A DNA stretch of 64,000 nt from Corynebacterium sp. (GCA_030530875.1 JAUMUD010000002.1:62969-126968), one strand, 5' to 3'; shown: positions 47,908 through 59,617, numbered from the stretch's first letter. Made by a program: numbers and translations. The notes: generated from the letters alone by a model not told the origin.

Positions 47908-48795
47908 CTACCCCGCCAATATCTCTTCACGCAGGATTCGTAGGAATTCTACGGCCAGAGGGCTGAGACTGCCGTGGCTTTTCCACATGAGACTGGCGCG
48001 TAATTCCACCCGTGGCTCACAAGGAATAAAGCGCAGCGCGGGGTCCATATTGGGAAGATTCTCCAGCGCCAGGGCAATGCCAAGACCCGCATGAATTAGG
48101 GCATAGACATTGCCAATGAGGTTATACTGCGCGGCAATAGTGAAGTCCTCAATGGGCTTATGCAGCCATCCAATGAGGCCACCGTGCTGTTCCACTTCCT
48201 GTGAAGAGATAATAAGCGGATAGTCTTCCAGGTCCTTACTTTTAATCGCCCTTTTCTTTGCAAGAGGGTGATTGGCTGGGATAATGACTCCCCACCGGTC
48301 GCTATGATTCACATCCAGATTCTGATAGCGCTGCGCATTTGTCGCCCCAAGCATGAAGCCAAAGTCGAGGGTGCCATTATCCAGCCCCTCATAGATCTGT
48401 GAGGCATTAGCACTTATTATGTGGCAGCGCACCGCGGGATGAAGCACGCGCATTCGCGTAACTGCGCGGGCAATTATGTCAAAACCTGCGCTTTCACCAG
48501 CACCAATGCTAAGTACCCCAGCAAGACTTTCCTCAGCAGCACGAAAATCTTCGAGAGTTCTATCCACCAGGCCCGCAATATCAATAGCCCTGCGATAAAG
48601 TTGTCTTCCTTGGGTTGTCAGTTCTAGGCCCTTGGCCCGATTACCACGGATAAAGAGTTCCACGCCCAGTTCTTTTTCAAGTTCTTTAATCTGCCGGGAA
48701 AGAGCCGGCTGACTAATTCCAAGAGTCCAGGCCGCGTCAATGAAGCTCCCCTCGGAACACACAGCAAGAAAGCCGCGCAGCTGCTTAATCTCCAT
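47908..48795 (-). CDS. LysR-family transcriptional regulator
   Basis: MEIKQLRGFLAVCSEGSFIDAA..ISQPALSRQIKELEKELGVELF. GGGAGG RBS. Confidence 0.93.
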   Translation of the reverse strand: MEIKQLRGFLAVCSEGSFIDAAWTLGISQPALSRQIKELEKELGVELFIRGNRAKGLELTTQGRQLYRRAIDIAGLVDRTLEDFRAAEESLAGVLSIGAGESAGFDIIARAVTRMRVLHPAVRCHIISANASQIYEGLDNGTLDFGFMLGATNAQRYQNLDVNHSDRWGVIIPANHPLAKKRAIKSKDLEDYPLIISSQEVEQHGGLIGWLHKPIEDFTIAAQYNLIGNVYALIHAGLGIALALENLPNMDPALRFIPCEPRVELRASLMWKSHGSLSPLAVEFLRILREEILAG

Positions 48796-48899
48796 GGCAA
48801 CCTCCCAAAGAAGACCCATCATTTACATAACTTATTTGCATGTAATCATATACCAGTTTCTTCTTTGATATAAGCGCTGGCCGCTGCAAGAATGAAGCC

Positions 48900-49493
48900 A
48901 TGACTTCCAATAATGAACTATTTGAAAAAGCAGCCAAGCTGGAAACAGTGAAGGAAATTGTCCCTGGCTCTGAGGACTCTATCCTCATTACTAATCTTGC
49001 TGAGCGTGCCATTGAAATCATGATGCGCTTCAATAATGAGTATCGCGATCCCCAAGGACGCCGTGAACTCTTGGAAGAAATGACCGGCAAGAAGATTGAT
49101 GAAACAGTGCTGGTCTTTCCACCTTTTAATGCCGATTGTGGCGCCAATATCCACCTTGGTAAAAATGTCTTTATTAATTCCGGCTGCAAGTTTCAAGACA
49201 CCGGCGGAATTTATATCGGCGATGGCTGCGCCATTGGCCACAATGTCGCAATTGCCACGCTTAACCATGATTTTGATCCGGCACAACGCGGCACCCTTCA
49301 CCCGGCAACAGTGCGTCTTGGTCGCAATGTCTGGGTTGGTTCCAATGCCACAATCCTGCCCGGCGTAACTGTCGGCGATGGCGCCATTATTGCTGCCGGC
49401 GCGGTAGTAACCAAGGATGTTCCGCCAATGGCCATTGTGGGCGGTGTCCCGGCCAAGGTCATCAAGATGATCGATGGCGCCCCTGAAAATTAA
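48900..49493 (+). CDS. Sugar O-acetyltransferase (maltose/galactoside acetyltransferase family)
   Basis: [23 protein letters not shown], hexapeptide repeats, [33 protein letters not shown]. Confidence 0.92.
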   Translation: MTSNNELFEKAAKLETVKEIVPGSEDSILITNLAERAIEIMMRFNNEYRDPQGRRELLEEMTGKKIDETVLVFPPFNADCGANIHLGKNVFINSGCKFQDTGGIYIGDGCAIGHNVAIATLNHDFDPAQRGTLHPATVRLGRNVWVGSNATILPGVTVGDGAIIAAGAVVTKDVPPMAIVGGVPAKVIKMIDGAPEN

Positions 49494-49517
49494 TTTCCTC
49501 GCAGATTAGGAGCTCCC

Positions 49518-50096
49518 ATGCAATACATCACCGGCATCCTACTGAGCCTCGCTGCAGCTCTCGGTTTTGGCGCATGCACACCACAACATCAAAGCCCCAC
49601 CACAGAATCCACCCAAACTCAGGCAGCAACCAGCGCAGATGCGACGAGCACCGCAATTGCAGCGCCGGTAAGCACGCCACCCGCAGCAACCCCACCGGAA
49701 AGCACAACGCCAGCAAGCATTCCTTCCCCAATTCAGGAGACTTCAATGGCAGCAAATCCACGTATTACTCTCAACGGTCAGGTCTTTAATTTCCACCCTA
49801 CTGAGAATGCGGCTGTAGAGGATCTTCGCAGCCTTGGCAATATTAGCCTCACTATGAGTGAGTTCAATGGCAATGAGTTCTATAGCCGACTTCCCCGCAG
49901 TCTTCCGACAAATAACAGCGTCCCCGAGCAAATTAATGCCGGTGATGTGATGCTGTGGACTGGTAATACTCTTGTCATTTTCTATGAGACTTTTACTACC
50001 CGCTATTCCTACACCCGCCTTGGGCACATTGATAACCCTGATGCTATTCGTGCCCTGGCTAACCAAGGATCGCTGCAGGCTGAGCTTACTTGGTAA
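49518..50096 (+). CDS. Cyclophilin-like-fold lipoprotein
   Basis: Lipobox-like LGFGAC, Thr/Pro-rich linker, domain with LTMSEFNGNEFY, AGDVMLWTGNTLVIFYE, YSYTRLGHI. Confidence 0.78.
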   Translation: MQYITGILLSLAAALGFGACTPQHQSPTTESTQTQAATSADATSTAIAAPVSTPPAATPPESTTPASIPSPIQETSMAANPRITLNGQVFNFHPTENAAVEDLRSLGNISLTMSEFNGNEFYSRLPRSLPTNNSVPEQINAGDVMLWTGNTLVIFYETFTTRYSYTRLGHIDNPDAIRALANQGSLQAELTW

Positions 50097-50145
50097 GTAA
50101 TTTTAATTATTCCCCAATGAAGCATATGTAGAATCCACTACACCA

Positions 50146-50171
50146 CTGGGAAGAGCTTCGGTTCTTCCCAG
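50146..50171 (+). terminator. Hairpin after cyclophilin-like gene
   Basis: CTGGGAAGAGC-TTCG-GTTCTTCCCAG. Confidence 0.6.
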
Positions 50172-50295
50172 CATCCCCTAAGAGTTGTACGCTCACAGTG
50201 AATTTTGCTCTGAATCTACAGCAGTTTTTTATGTGAGTGTGTAGACTTTTAGGAAAGATTGAACTAAAGATACGCAATAAGTTTGGAATTTTCGC

Positions 50296-50616
50296 ATGAC
50301 CCTCCCAAGTTTGTTCACTGTCACCGCACTGGTAGCAACTCTGGTCTTTGGCCCACATGGCGCCACCGAGTCCACCCCAGCGCAGACTAACTATAAGGTC
50401 GTGACGGTGGATGGTGTCGAGAAGATCGAGAAGGTCAGTGATGAGGAAGCCACGCAGTCCAGTACTTCCACATCCACTACCCCACAGAATTCCACCGCAT
50501 CCACGGCACAGCCAACCTCAATTGCTGCAAGCAGCATTCAGGTTGTAAATGACGAAGCCGAGTTCGAGGCCACTGAGCCAAGTTCCAGCTGCTGCCCACC
50601 AAGCGACCTGAGCTAA
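50296..50616 (+). CDS. Small secreted Ser/Thr-rich hypothetical protein
   Basis: Hydrophobic N-terminus, S/T-rich acidic body, followed by a strong hairpin. Confidence 0.55.
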   Translation: MTLPSLFTVTALVATLVFGPHGATESTPAQTNYKVVTVDGVEKIEKVSDEEATQSSTSTSTTPQNSTASTAQPTSIAASSIQVVNDEAEFEATEPSSSCCPPSDLS

Positions 50617-50634
50617 AAGATTTTTGAACTACGC

Positions 50635-50674
50635 CAAAGGCCTGAATCCAGTATCGACTGGATTCAGGCCTTTG
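50635..50674. terminator. Perfect 18 bp hairpin, bidirectional terminator
   Basis: CAAAGGCCTGAATCCAGT-ATCG-ACTGGATTCAGGCCTTTG. Confidence 0.8.
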
Positions 50675-50707
50675 TTTGGTTTTGGTATTGTGACTTTGCT
50701 TTTGTGA

Positions 50708-51550
50708 TTAGTTCGTGAAGAACTCACCCTTGGCCACAATGGCAGATGGGCCACGCAGGCTTGAGCCCTCTTCAGTGATGACCACGTGGATGGTGCCGCC
50801 AGGGACATGGACATCCACTTCACCAGTGGCTTGACCGGCATCAGCAAGGGCAGCAACGGCGCTAGCCACAGTGCCAGTGCCACAGGAGCGGGTTTCACCA
50901 GCACCACGCTCATGGACGCGCATGTGCACAGCACCGTCCTTGAGTGGGGTGAGAATTTCGGTATTCACACCGGCCGGGAAGAATTCAGTATCAAAGCCGA
51001 TTGGGTTACCCACAGGCAGGCGGCCGAGGGATTCTTCGGTGAGACCAGGAACCACGCAGGCCAGGTGCGGATTACCCATGCTGACGCCAAGACCAGCAAA
51101 GCGCTGCTCACCAATAATGACGGTGGAAACACCTAGGACTTCCGGCTGGCCCATATCCACTTCCACATCGGCGGCAAAGTCATCGAAGCTATGCACAATA
51201 ACAGGACGCAGCCCGGCGCGAGTGCCGACCACCAGACGTGGTGCTTGTGGCAGGCCGTAGGTGCGGGCGACAAAGTGAGCGAAGACGCGTACGCCATTGC
51301 CACACATTTCAGCAGTGGTGCCATCAGCATTGCGGTAGTCCATGAACCACTCGCACTCCCCTGCGGTTTCGTGGTAGCCGAGTGTGGCGGCAGTTTCGGC
51401 ATTGAGCACGCGAAGAATACCATCGGCACCGATGCCGGCACGGCGATCGCACAGTGCCCGGATTAGTTCGGGGCTCAGGTCAATCTGACCGTTAGGGTCG
51501 TCGAGGATGATGAAGTCATTTTCGGTGCCGTGGCCTTTATAAAACTGCAT
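50708..51550 (-). CDS. dapF: Diaminopimelate epimerase
   Basis: [41 protein letters not shown]. Confidence 0.96.
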   Translation of the reverse strand: MQFYKGHGTENDFIILDDPNGQIDLSPELIRALCDRRAGIGADGILRVLNAETAATLGYHETAGECEWFMDYRNADGTTAEMCGNGVRVFAHFVARTYGLPQAPRLVVGTRAGLRPVIVHSFDDFAADVEVDMGQPEVLGVSTVIIGEQRFAGLGVSMGNPHLACVVPGLTEESLGRLPVGNPIGFDTEFFPAGVNTEILTPLKDGAVHMRVHERGAGETRSCGTGTVASAVAALADAGQATGEVDVHVPGGTIHVVITEEGSSLRGPSAIVAKGEFFTN

Positions 51551-52458
51551 TATTGTCCTTTTTGTGTTTCGAGAATTTCTAGAGTTTGAGCCAGTGTATC
51601 ACCCGTGGCATCAATCCAGTGAGTGCGGGGGTCGCGCTTAAACCAGGCTTTTTGGCGCCGCACATATCGGCGGGTGCCAAAGATGGTCTGTTCAATGGCC
51701 TCATCAAGGGTGATTTCACCATCAAGATAGTCGAGGACTTGGGCGTAGCCAATGGCGCGGCCAGCAGTGGACTCCTTGATTAGTCCGTGGGTCTTGAGGT
51801 GCTCGACTTCCTCCACGAAGCCTTGCTCAAACATGAGCTTGGTGCGCAGTTCAATGCGTGGGTTAAGCCAGTCGGATTCAGTACCAAGACCAATGATGGT
51901 TGTGCCCCAGCGGGCAGGCGCATTAATTGGTGGTTGGGAGGCGACGAAGGGCTTTCCGGTGAGTTCAATGACTTCTAGGGCACGCACGATACGGCGTGGG
52001 TCTTTGGTTTCAATAATTGCTGCGGCGGCCGGGTCAATGGCGGCGAGTTCCTCATGGAGCTTTTCCACACCGACTTCGTCTTGGCGGGCCATCCACTTAG
52101 CACGCACTTCAGGGTCAGTGGGTGGGAATTGCCAGTCATCAACGAGTGATTGGATATAGAGCATGGATCCACCGACCAAAATGGCTTCTTTACCCCGTGA
52201 AAGAATGTCATTAACATCCGCCACGGCTTCCTGCTGATAGCGCGCCACACTGGCCGTGGCAGTCACATCGAGAACATCGAGCTGGTGGTGAGGAATGCCA
52301 CGGCGTTCCTCCGGGCGGAGCTTTGCTGTACCAATGTCCATCCCTTTGTAGAGCTGCATGGAGTCCACATTGACAATTTCGGCGTCGAGTTTTTCGGCGA
52401 GGTCAAGGCTCAGGGCCGATTTACCACTGGCTGTGGGGCCGATAATTGCCACGGGCAT
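51550..52458 (-). CDS. miaA: tRNA dimethylallyltransferase
   Basis: [42 protein letters not shown]. Confidence 0.96.
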   Translation of the reverse strand: MPVAIIGPTASGKSALSLDLAEKLDAEIVNVDSMQLYKGMDIGTAKLRPEERRGIPHHQLDVLDVTATASVARYQQEAVADVNDILSRGKEAILVGGSMLYIQSLVDDWQFPPTDPEVRAKWMARQDEVGVEKLHEELAAIDPAAAAIIETKDPRRIVRALEVIELTGKPFVASQPPINAPARWGTTIIGLGTESDWLNPRIELRTKLMFEQGFVEEVEHLKTHGLIKESTAGRAIGYAQVLDYLDGEITLDEAIEQTIFGTRRYVRRQKAWFKRDPRTHWIDATGDTLAQTLEILETQKGQ

Positions 52459-52547
52459 TGGGGATTTTCACTCCTTTGGCGAAATCATTGTCTTTACAGG
52501 TCTCTAGCTACTAGAATATAGAAGAATTCGAAATGAAGGGATGATCT

Positions 52548-53810
52548 ATGTCTGCTCCTAAGCCAGGCCCAATGAAGCCAGGCCCAACAAAGCCTGCTGC
52601 TACCACTCGACCAGCGCTCAAGGATCCTTCGAGCTTTGGTCGTATTGATGCTGATGGCACCGTATACCGTACTGATGGCGGTAAGGATGTTGCTATTGGT
52701 TCGTGGCACGCAGGTAGCGTTGAGGAAGGTATGGCCCTCTACACTAAGCGCTTCCGTGATCTCTACTCTGAGGTGCAGCTTCTCATTAACCGCCTAGCCC
52801 ACCACCCTGAGGCTGGCGCTGCTACCCATGAGCGTCTTTCTGAGATTGAATCCACCCTTGATAATGCACCAATTATTGGTGATATGGCTGCTCTTCGTGC
52901 CCTGCTGGCCAAGGGTCATGGTGCCGCTGATGCCGGTACCGCCAAGGCTCAGGAGCTCAAGGCCAGCTATGCTAAGCGCAAACAGGAAATTGTGACCCAG
53001 GTTGAGGCTCTGGCCCAGAAGGCTGAGTGGCGTAAGACTGGTGATAAGATTTCTGGTCTTTTCGATGAATGGCGTTCTATCCCTCGTCTTGAGGGTCCTG
53101 TGGAGAAGGAGCTCTGGCGCCGCATGGAGGCCGCCCGCGATGTCTTCCGTAAGCGCCGTGGTCAGCACTTCTCTCAGTTGGATAAGCAGCGTGCTGCTGC
53201 TAAGAAGATCAAGCTCGACATTATTGAGCGTGCTGAGGCTCTGAAGAATTCCACCGAGTGGGCGGAGACCTCCCGTGCTTACCGTGACTTGATGGATGAG
53301 TGGCGTGCCGCTGGTCGTGCAGGCAAGGCCCATGATGATGACCTCTGGGCTAAGTTCCGTGCTGCCCAGGATGTCTTCTTCCAGGCTCGTGCGGCCAAGG
53401 ATGAAGCCATTGAGGCTCAGTACCAGGAGAACTCCGCTAAGAAGCGTGCTCTGATTGAGGAGTACTCCAAGCTCATCGATCCTTCCGCTGGTCTTGATAA
53501 GGCTAAGGAGCTTCTCCATGAACTCCATGAGAAGTGGGAAGAAATCGGCTATGTGGCTTCCGCTGACCGCAAGGATATTGAGGCTGCTATCCGCGAGATT
53601 GAAAAGCGCGTGGAAAAGGCGGAGGAGCGTGAATGGCGTCGTACTGACCCTGAGGCTCTTGCTCGAATTGAGCAGTTCCTCAACCGCGCCAAGGAATTTG
53701 CCGCTGCCGCTGAGGCTGAGGCCAATCCAAAGAAGAAGGCTGAGCTTGAATCCCAGGCTAAGCAGTGGTCCGAATGGGCTGAGGCTGCTAAGAGTGCGAT
53801 TGAGGAGTAA
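52548..53810 (+). CDS. DUF349 repeat protein
   Basis: FGRIDADGTVY, IGSWHAG, repeated W..F..A.D.FF helical units. Confidence 0.88.
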   Translation: MSAPKPGPMKPGPTKPAATTRPALKDPSSFGRIDADGTVYRTDGGKDVAIGSWHAGSVEEGMALYTKRFRDLYSEVQLLINRLAHHPEAGAATHERLSEIESTLDNAPIIGDMAALRALLAKGHGAADAGTAKAQELKASYAKRKQEIVTQVEALAQKAEWRKTGDKISGLFDEWRSIPRLEGPVEKELWRRMEAARDVFRKRRGQHFSQLDKQRAAAKKIKLDIIERAEALKNSTEWAETSRAYRDLMDEWRAAGRAGKAHDDDLWAKFRAAQDVFFQARAAKDEAIEAQYQENSAKKRALIEEYSKLIDPSAGLDKAKELLHELHEKWEEIGYVASADRKDIEAAIREIEKRVEKAEEREWRRTDPEALARIEQFLNRAKEFAAAAEAEANPKKKAELESQAKQWSEWAEAAKSAIEE

Positions 53811-53827
53811 TCGCCTCTTGGCATAAG

Positions 53828-53860
53828 AAAACCGCCGGTACCTTTTGGTACTGGCGGTTT
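53828..53860. terminator. Bidirectional terminator
   Basis: AAACCGCCGGTACC-TTTT-GGTACTGGCGGTTT. Confidence 0.75.
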
Positions 53861-53906
53861 CGCGTTATAGGACTCAAAGCGCCGTGGCTTTGGGCTCCTT
53901 TAGCCT

Positions 53907-54545
53907 TTAGTCGTGCTTGCGATTACGGCGACGGCGGTGGTCACCATCATCATAAGTGCCGGCCTCCCTGGCAGCACGCTCAGCCATGAGGCGGAGCTGC
54001 GCATCGGCCACTGGGTCAGGGGTCGCATTGCGGGAGGCATCCACACGAGCATCGGCCAGGGCCTGCTGCTCACTGGTGCGGCGGATGATAAGACCGGTAT
54101 AGCCCCAGACGGCAAGGAAGACCGCAATGGCGCTAAGAACCAGACCGATGGAAATGCCACCACCATTAGCATTGGTGTGCGTCTGACGCATCCACATAGC
54201 AAAGAGGGTGTAGAAGAGCCCCACGCCACTGAAGCACCAGCCAATTAGTGTACACACGGAATTGCGGGTCAACAGCACCAGAATATTGAAGACCACAAGA
54301 CCAAGGAAGGTCAGGTACATCTGAACATATTCGGGCATGGTGGTCAGATGGGCGGTAGCCGTGGAATTATGCAGCAGCACATCGAAGCCCTTCACTGCAC
54401 CGGAGTGAGGCAAGAAGAGGGCAACAATATAAAGAACCAGGGCAATAATCAGCGTGCCACGGCTAGGACCGAGGTCCACAATGCGCCCGGCGCGACGTTC
54501 CTGCTTATCCAGGCTCTCCGCGGAATTTGGGGAAACAGTACTCAT
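53907..54545 (-). CDS. Rv2732c-family membrane protein
   Basis: LFLPHSGAVKGFDVL, AMWMRQT, four TM segments; downstream of miaB as in mycobacteria. Confidence 0.8.
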   Translation of the reverse strand: MSTVSPNSAESLDKQERRAGRIVDLGPSRGTLIIALVLYIVALFLPHSGAVKGFDVLLHNSTATAHLTTMPEYVQMYLTFLGLVVFNILVLLTRNSVCTLIGWCFSGVGLFYTLFAMWMRQTHTNANGGGISIGLVLSAIAVFLAVWGYTGLIIRRTSEQQALADARVDASRNATPDPVADAQLRLMAERAAREAGTYDDGDHRRRRNRKHD

Positions 54546-54637
54546 AGCACCTACCAGCCTACTCCTGATGGGTTGATTTTGTGTTGGGCACATTTTAGTG
54601 TGTGCCTTTTGATGAACTTCTTTAATGCGCCTGTGCT

Positions 54638-56125
54638 TTAGCCGCGCACCTTGAGGGTCGGCATGCCCAGTCCCACACCCTTGGTGGTTGGCTGCTGGCC
54701 GGCCTCATAGAGGTCACCCGCACGGGTCTTCTTGTGGTTGGTGACCTCAGAGTCCGCAATCAGGAAGTGTGGTGCGGAGTCGGTAATGGTCACGGTCACA
54801 TAGTCGCCAGGGCGGACACCCTCGGTGGCTGAGAAGTGCACCAGGCGACCATCGCGGGCACGACCGGAAAGACGGTGGGTACGGTCATTCTTACGGCCGC
54901 CGTCACTTTGAACCAGAAGTTCCTGCGTGGTGCCAACAAGCTTGGCATTTTCTTCCTCACAGATGCGCTCCTGAAGGGCAAGGAGGCGGTCATAGCGGTC
55001 CTGAACCACGGCCTTTGGCACCTGGCTTTCATATTCGGCAGCAGGGGTACCAGGACGTGGGCTGTACTGGAAGGTAAAGGCGGAGCTAAAGCGGGCCTTT
55101 TCCACCACATCGAGGGTCTGCTGGAAGTCTTCCTCAGTTTCACCAGGGAAGCCGACAATAATATCGGTGGTGATGGCCGCATTAGGGATCTTTTCGCGCA
55201 CCTCATCAAGAATCTTCAAGAATTTCTTGGTGCGGTAGCTGCGGCGCATTTCCTTGAGCACCTTGTCAGAGCCGGACTGCAGTGGCATATGCAGCTGAGG
55301 GCAGACATTAGGAGTCTCAGCCATGGCATCAATGACATCCGAGGTGAACTCGGCAGGGTGAGGGCTGGTAAAGCGAACACGCTCAAGGCCTTCAATATTG
55401 CCGCAGGCGCGCAGCAGCTTGGAGAAAGCCGAGCGGTCACGCTCAGCCTCAGGGTCAGCAAAGTTCACACCATAGGCATTCACATTCTGACCAAGCAGGG
55501 TGACCTCAGAGATACCCTGGTCAACCAGGGCCTGAACCTCAGCCAGAATATCGCCTGGACGGCGGTCAATCTCAGGGCCACGGAGGCTAGGAACAATACA
55601 GAAAGTACAGGTATTATTGCAGCCCACAGACACAGAGACCCAACCGGCATAGGCGGATTCACGCTTAGCAGGCAGCACGGATGGGAACTGCTCCAGAGCA
55701 TCGACAATTTCCACCTCAGCCTTGTGGTTATGGGCGGCACGCTCCAAAAGCACAGGCAGGGAGCCCATATTATGGGTACCAAAAACCACATCCACCCATG
55801 GGGCCTTCTTAATAACTACCTCTTTATCCTTCTGCGCAAGGCAGCCACCCACAGCAATCTGCAAATCAGGGTGGGTCTCCTTCACTGCACGCAGCTGGCC
55901 AAGGGTGCCATAGAGGCGCATATCGGCATTTTCACGCACGGCACAGGTATTGAAAACAATGAGGTCAGGAATCTCATCGCCAACAGTATCGGGGTCGACC
56001 TGGTCACCAGCAAATGGCACATAGCCGGCCTCTTCCAGAAGACCGGAGAGACGCTCAGAGTCATGCACATTCATCTGGCAGCCGAAGGTACGCACTTCAT
56101 AGGTTTTAGATGGGCTAGTTAACAC
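54638..56125 (-). CDS. miaB: tRNA methylthiotransferase MiaB
   Basis: [26 protein letters not shown], radical [15 protein letters not shown] domain. Confidence 0.97.
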   Translation of the reverse strand: MLTSPSKTYEVRTFGCQMNVHDSERLSGLLEEAGYVPFAGDQVDPDTVGDEIPDLIVFNTCAVRENADMRLYGTLGQLRAVKETHPDLQIAVGGCLAQKDKEVVIKKAPWVDVVFGTHNMGSLPVLLERAAHNHKAEVEIVDALEQFPSVLPAKRESAYAGWVSVSVGCNNTCTFCIVPSLRGPEIDRRPGDILAEVQALVDQGISEVTLLGQNVNAYGVNFADPEAERDRSAFSKLLRACGNIEGLERVRFTSPHPAEFTSDVIDAMAETPNVCPQLHMPLQSGSDKVLKEMRRSYRTKKFLKILDEVREKIPNAAITTDIIVGFPGETEEDFQQTLDVVEKARFSSAFTFQYSPRPGTPAAEYESQVPKAVVQDRYDRLLALQERICEEENAKLVGTTQELLVQSDGGRKNDRTHRLSGRARDGRLVHFSATEGVRPGDYVTVTITDSAPHFLIADSEVTNHKKTRAGDLYEAGQQPTTKGVGLGMPTLKVRG

Positions 56126-56200
56126 GGAATATCATTCTAATACACACCTGTCTGATCATTGCCTGTTGATAAATAGAAAGTAATTCTTTATAGTTTATCT

Positions 56201-56953
56201 ATGGCTGAATCGAAACTAACCCCAATGATCAAGATTGAGGGAGTCAACAAGTACTATGGCTCCTACCACGCTCTCCGCAATATTAATGTTGAAGTTCCTA
56301 AAGGCCAAGTAGTGGTCATGCTGGGTCCATCGGGTTCCGGTAAGTCCACCCTGTGTCGCACCATTAACCGCCTGGAAACTATCGATGAAGGCATTATCAC
56401 CATCGACGGCCACGAGCTTCCAGACGAAGGCAAGCGCCTCGCCCAGCTCCGCGCCGAAGTCGGTATGTGCTTCCAGAGCTTCAACCTCTTCCCACACCTG
56501 ACCATTAAGGATAATGTCACCCTTGCCCCACGCAAGGTCCGCAAGCAGTCCAAGGAGCAGGCAGAAAAGCGCGCCATGGAGCTTCTTGATCGGGTTGGTA
56601 TCGCTGCCCACGCCGATAAGTACCCTGCCCAGCTCTCTGGTGGTCAGCAGCAGCGTGTGGCTATCGCTCGTGCTCTTGCCATGGACCCTAAGGTCATGCT
56701 TTTCGACGAGCCAACCTCGGCTCTTGACCCAGAAATGGTTAATGAGGTGCTCGATGTTATGACCTCCCTGGCTAAGGAAGGCATGACCATGATCTGTGTG
56801 ACCCACGAGATGGGCTTCGCCCGCAAAGCCGCTGACCGTATTCTCTTTATGGCTGAGGGCTCCATTCTGGAAGACACCGATCCAGAGAGCTTCTTTACTA
56901 ACCCACAGACTGATCGCGCCAAGGACTTCCTGGGCAAGATCCTGGGCCACTAG
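56201..56953 (+). CDS. gluA: Glutamate ABC transporter ATP-binding protein
   Basis: [34 protein letters not shown]. Confidence 0.93.
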   Translation: MAESKLTPMIKIEGVNKYYGSYHALRNINVEVPKGQVVVMLGPSGSGKSTLCRTINRLETIDEGIITIDGHELPDEGKRLAQLRAEVGMCFQSFNLFPHLTIKDNVTLAPRKVRKQSKEQAEKRAMELLDRVGIAAHADKYPAQLSGGQQQRVAIARALAMDPKVMLFDEPTSALDPEMVNEVLDVMTSLAKEGMTMICVTHEMGFARKAADRILFMAEGSILEDTDPESFFTNPQTDRAKDFLGKILGH

Positions 56954-56962
56954 GAGTTCGCC

Positions 56963-57850
56963 ATGTCTTTCCGTTCAAAGATGAAAACAGCCGCGGTGCT
57001 GGCGGCCACTGGTCTTGTGGCCGTATTTGCTACCGCCTGTGGTTCCACGGAACCTCGCAGTGTCCTTAGCTCCATTCAGGCTGGCCGAGTAATTCTTGGT
57101 ACCAAGTATGACCAGCCAGGTCTGGGTCTTCGTAACCCAGATAAGACCATGACTGGTTTGGATGTGGATGTGGCCACCTATGTGGTTAATAAGATTGCTG
57201 ATGATAATGGCTGGGCACACCCACAGATCACCTGGCGCGAGACTCCTTCTTCTCAGCGTGAAACGCTGATTAAGAATGGTGAGGTCGATATGATTACTGC
57301 GACCTACTCCATCACCAAGTCTCGTACCAATGCGGTGAACTTCGCTGGCCCATATCTCCTTACTCACCAGGCCCTCCTGGTCCGCAAGGATGATGACAGC
57401 CTCAAGAGCCTGCAGGACCTCAATAATGGTCGAAAGCTCTGCTCGGTGACCGGTTCTACCCCAGCGCAGAAGGTCAAGGCTAGCCTGCCTGGCGTTCAGC
57501 TCCAGGAATATGATTCCTATTCTTCCTGTGTGGAGGCCCTCCACCAGAAGAAGGTTGATGCCATGACCACTGACGCCACCATTCTTTATGGCTTCGCTCA
57601 GCTCTATGAAGGCGAGTTCAATGTCGTGCCAATGAATAAGGATGATGGCAAGCCATTCACCAATGAGTACTACGGCATTGGTCTTGCCAAGGGCGATCAG
57701 GCTTCCACCGACGCTATTAATAAGGCACTGACAGAAATGTATGCCGATGGCAGCTTCCAGAAGATCCTCAAGGATAATCTCGGCGAAGATTATGAGGCCA
57801 ATGTTGTGTCCCAGGGTAATCCTGGTGACCTGTCCTTCCTGAATAGCTAG
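56963..57850 (+). CDS. gluB: Glutamate ABC transporter substrate-binding lipoprotein
   Basis: Lipobox FATAC, GTKYDQPGLG, QRETLIKNGEVD, CSVTGST. Confidence 0.92.
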   Translation: MSFRSKMKTAAVLAATGLVAVFATACGSTEPRSVLSSIQAGRVILGTKYDQPGLGLRNPDKTMTGLDVDVATYVVNKIADDNGWAHPQITWRETPSSQRETLIKNGEVDMITATYSITKSRTNAVNFAGPYLLTHQALLVRKDDDSLKSLQDLNNGRKLCSVTGSTPAQKVKASLPGVQLQEYDSYSSCVEALHQKKVDAMTTDATILYGFAQLYEGEFNVVPMNKDDGKPFTNEYYGIGLAKGDQASTDAINKALTEMYADGSFQKILKDNLGEDYEANVVSQGNPGDLSFLNS

Positions 57851-57867
57851 CGAGTAGGAGAACCACC

Positions 57868-58551
57868 ATGACTACACTATGGGACCAATTATCCCCGTCC
57901 ATTGTGCCGGCATATTGGATGACCATTAAGCTGACTATTCTTTCGGCTATTGGCTCCTTTATCTTCGGCGCCGTCCTCACCGCCATGCGCGTGAGTCCAA
58001 TTGCCATCCTGCGTGGTATCGCCTCGGCATATATCACCGTGGCGCGAAATACCCCACTGACCCTCATCGTCCTTTTCTGCTCCATCGGCCTCTACCAGAA
58101 TCTTGGTCTGGCCCTTGCCCCAGAAAATGACCACTTTATTGCGAATAATAACTTTGCCCTCGCGGTTCTTGGTTTTATTCTCTACACCTCCGCCTTCGTG
58201 GCCGAGTCCCTTCGTGCCGGCATTAATACCGTCCACTTCGGTCAAGCTGAGGCAGCCCGTTCCCTGGGTCTGAGCTTCGGTCAGATCTTCATCAATATCA
58301 TCTTCCCACAGGCTGTTCGCGCCGCTGTGGTTCCTCTGGGCAATACCCTCATTGCTCTTTTGAAGAACACCACCATCGCCTCCGTGATTGGTGTGGCGGA
58401 AGCATCGCTGCTGATGAAGTCTGCCATTGAGAATCACTCCGATCAGATCTTCCTAATCTTCTTTATCTTCGCAGTTGGCTTCATGATCTTCACCCTCCCA
58501 TTGGGTCTGCTCGTAAGCCACTTCTCTAAGAAAATGGCGGTGAAGGGCTAA
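57868..58551 (+). CDS. gluC: Glutamate ABC transporter permease
   Basis: [28 protein letters not shown] (EAA loop). Confidence 0.92.
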   Translation: MTTLWDQLSPSIVPAYWMTIKLTILSAIGSFIFGAVLTAMRVSPIAILRGIASAYITVARNTPLTLIVLFCSIGLYQNLGLALAPENDHFIANNNFALAVLGFILYTSAFVAESLRAGINTVHFGQAEAARSLGLSFGQIFINIIFPQAVRAAVVPLGNTLIALLKNTTIASVIGVAEASLLMKSAIENHSDQIFLIFFIFAVGFMIFTLPLGLLVSHFSKKMAVKG

Positions 58552-59489
58552 TGAGCGCACGTGCAACAGTACTCTATGACACTCCCGGCCCACGCGGTCG
58601 GAAAATCAACCGAATCCTCACAATTTGCACCTTTATCATTGCACTTATTGTGATACTGTGGGTTGGCCATGTGCTGCACAATAATGGTCAGCTCACTGCC
58701 GACAAGTGGAACCCATTTATTAAATCCACCACCTGGACCACCTATATCCTTCCAGGTCTCTGGGGCACCATTAAGGCCGCTATTGTCTCCATCATCTTGG
58801 CCTTGATTGTGGGCACCGCCCTTGGTCTTGGTCGCCTCTCCCCTAACTGGTTCGTCCGTGGCGTCTGCGGCATTATCGTTGAGTTCTTCCGCGCTATCCC
58901 AGTGCTGATCCTCATGATCTTCGCCTACCAGCTCTTCGCTAAGTACGCCATCTTCCCATCCCTGCACCTCGCCTTCGCAGCCGTGGTCTTCGGTCTGACC
59001 ATGTACAACGGCTCCGTTATTGCTGAGGTTCTCCGCTCCGGTATCAATGGCCTTCCAAAGGGCCAGGTTGAGGCCGCGCAGGCTCTGGGTCTGGGCCACT
59101 GGCAGACCATTTGGCACATCCTGCTCCCACAGGCTGTGGCCGCCATGCTGCCGGCCATCATCTCCCAGATGGTTATTGCCCTCAAGGACTCCGCCCTGGG
59201 CTACCAGATTGGCTACATCGAGGTTGTTCGCTCCGGTATTCAGTCCGCAGCCTACTACCGCAACTTCTTTGCAGCCCTCGTGGTGATTGCCATCATCATG
59301 ATTATCATCAACTATGTTCTTACCGTTGTTGCTAGCCGTATTGAGCGTCAGCTCCGTGCCGGCCGTGCTCGTAAGAACCTGCTGGCTGCAGTCCCTGAGC
59401 AGAAGGACCAGGGTCTGGATACTAAGGACCATGTCAACGTGGACTGGCGCGACCCAAGCCACCGCGATCTTCGTTCCACTGCGGAGTAA
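58551..59489 (+). CDS. gluD: Glutamate ABC transporter permease
   Basis: [36 protein letters not shown]. Confidence 0.92.
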   Translation: MSARATVLYDTPGPRGRKINRILTICTFIIALIVILWVGHVLHNNGQLTADKWNPFIKSTTWTTYILPGLWGTIKAAIVSIILALIVGTALGLGRLSPNWFVRGVCGIIVEFFRAIPVLILMIFAYQLFAKYAIFPSLHLAFAAVVFGLTMYNGSVIAEVLRSGINGLPKGQVEAAQALGLGHWQTIWHILLPQAVAAMLPAIISQMVIALKDSALGYQIGYIEVVRSGIQSAAYYRNFFAALVVIAIIMIIINYVLTVVASRIERQLRAGRARKNLLAAVPEQKDQGLDTKDHVNVDWRDPSHRDLRSTAE

Positions 59490-59519
59490 TTCGAGTAATT
59501 ACCAACACCTCGATTCAGC

Positions 59520-59553
59520 AAAAGGCGACCAGTCCACTAACTGGTCGCCTTTT
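59520..59553. terminator. Bidirectional terminator gluD/recX
   Basis: AAAAGGCGACCAGT-CCACTA-ACTGGTCGCCTTTT. Confidence 0.85.
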
Positions 59554-59617
59554 TGCATGTCTCATAGGGTTGGTCCGGGATGGGGCGTGTCGACGAGGGC
59601 TTAGCGGACTCCCTCCC

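Noticed and set aside
48892-48903. Mini-ORF ATG AAG CCA TGA overlapping the acetyltransferase start
   Set aside because: Three codons with no SD and no support for a TSS at its ATG; likely chance.
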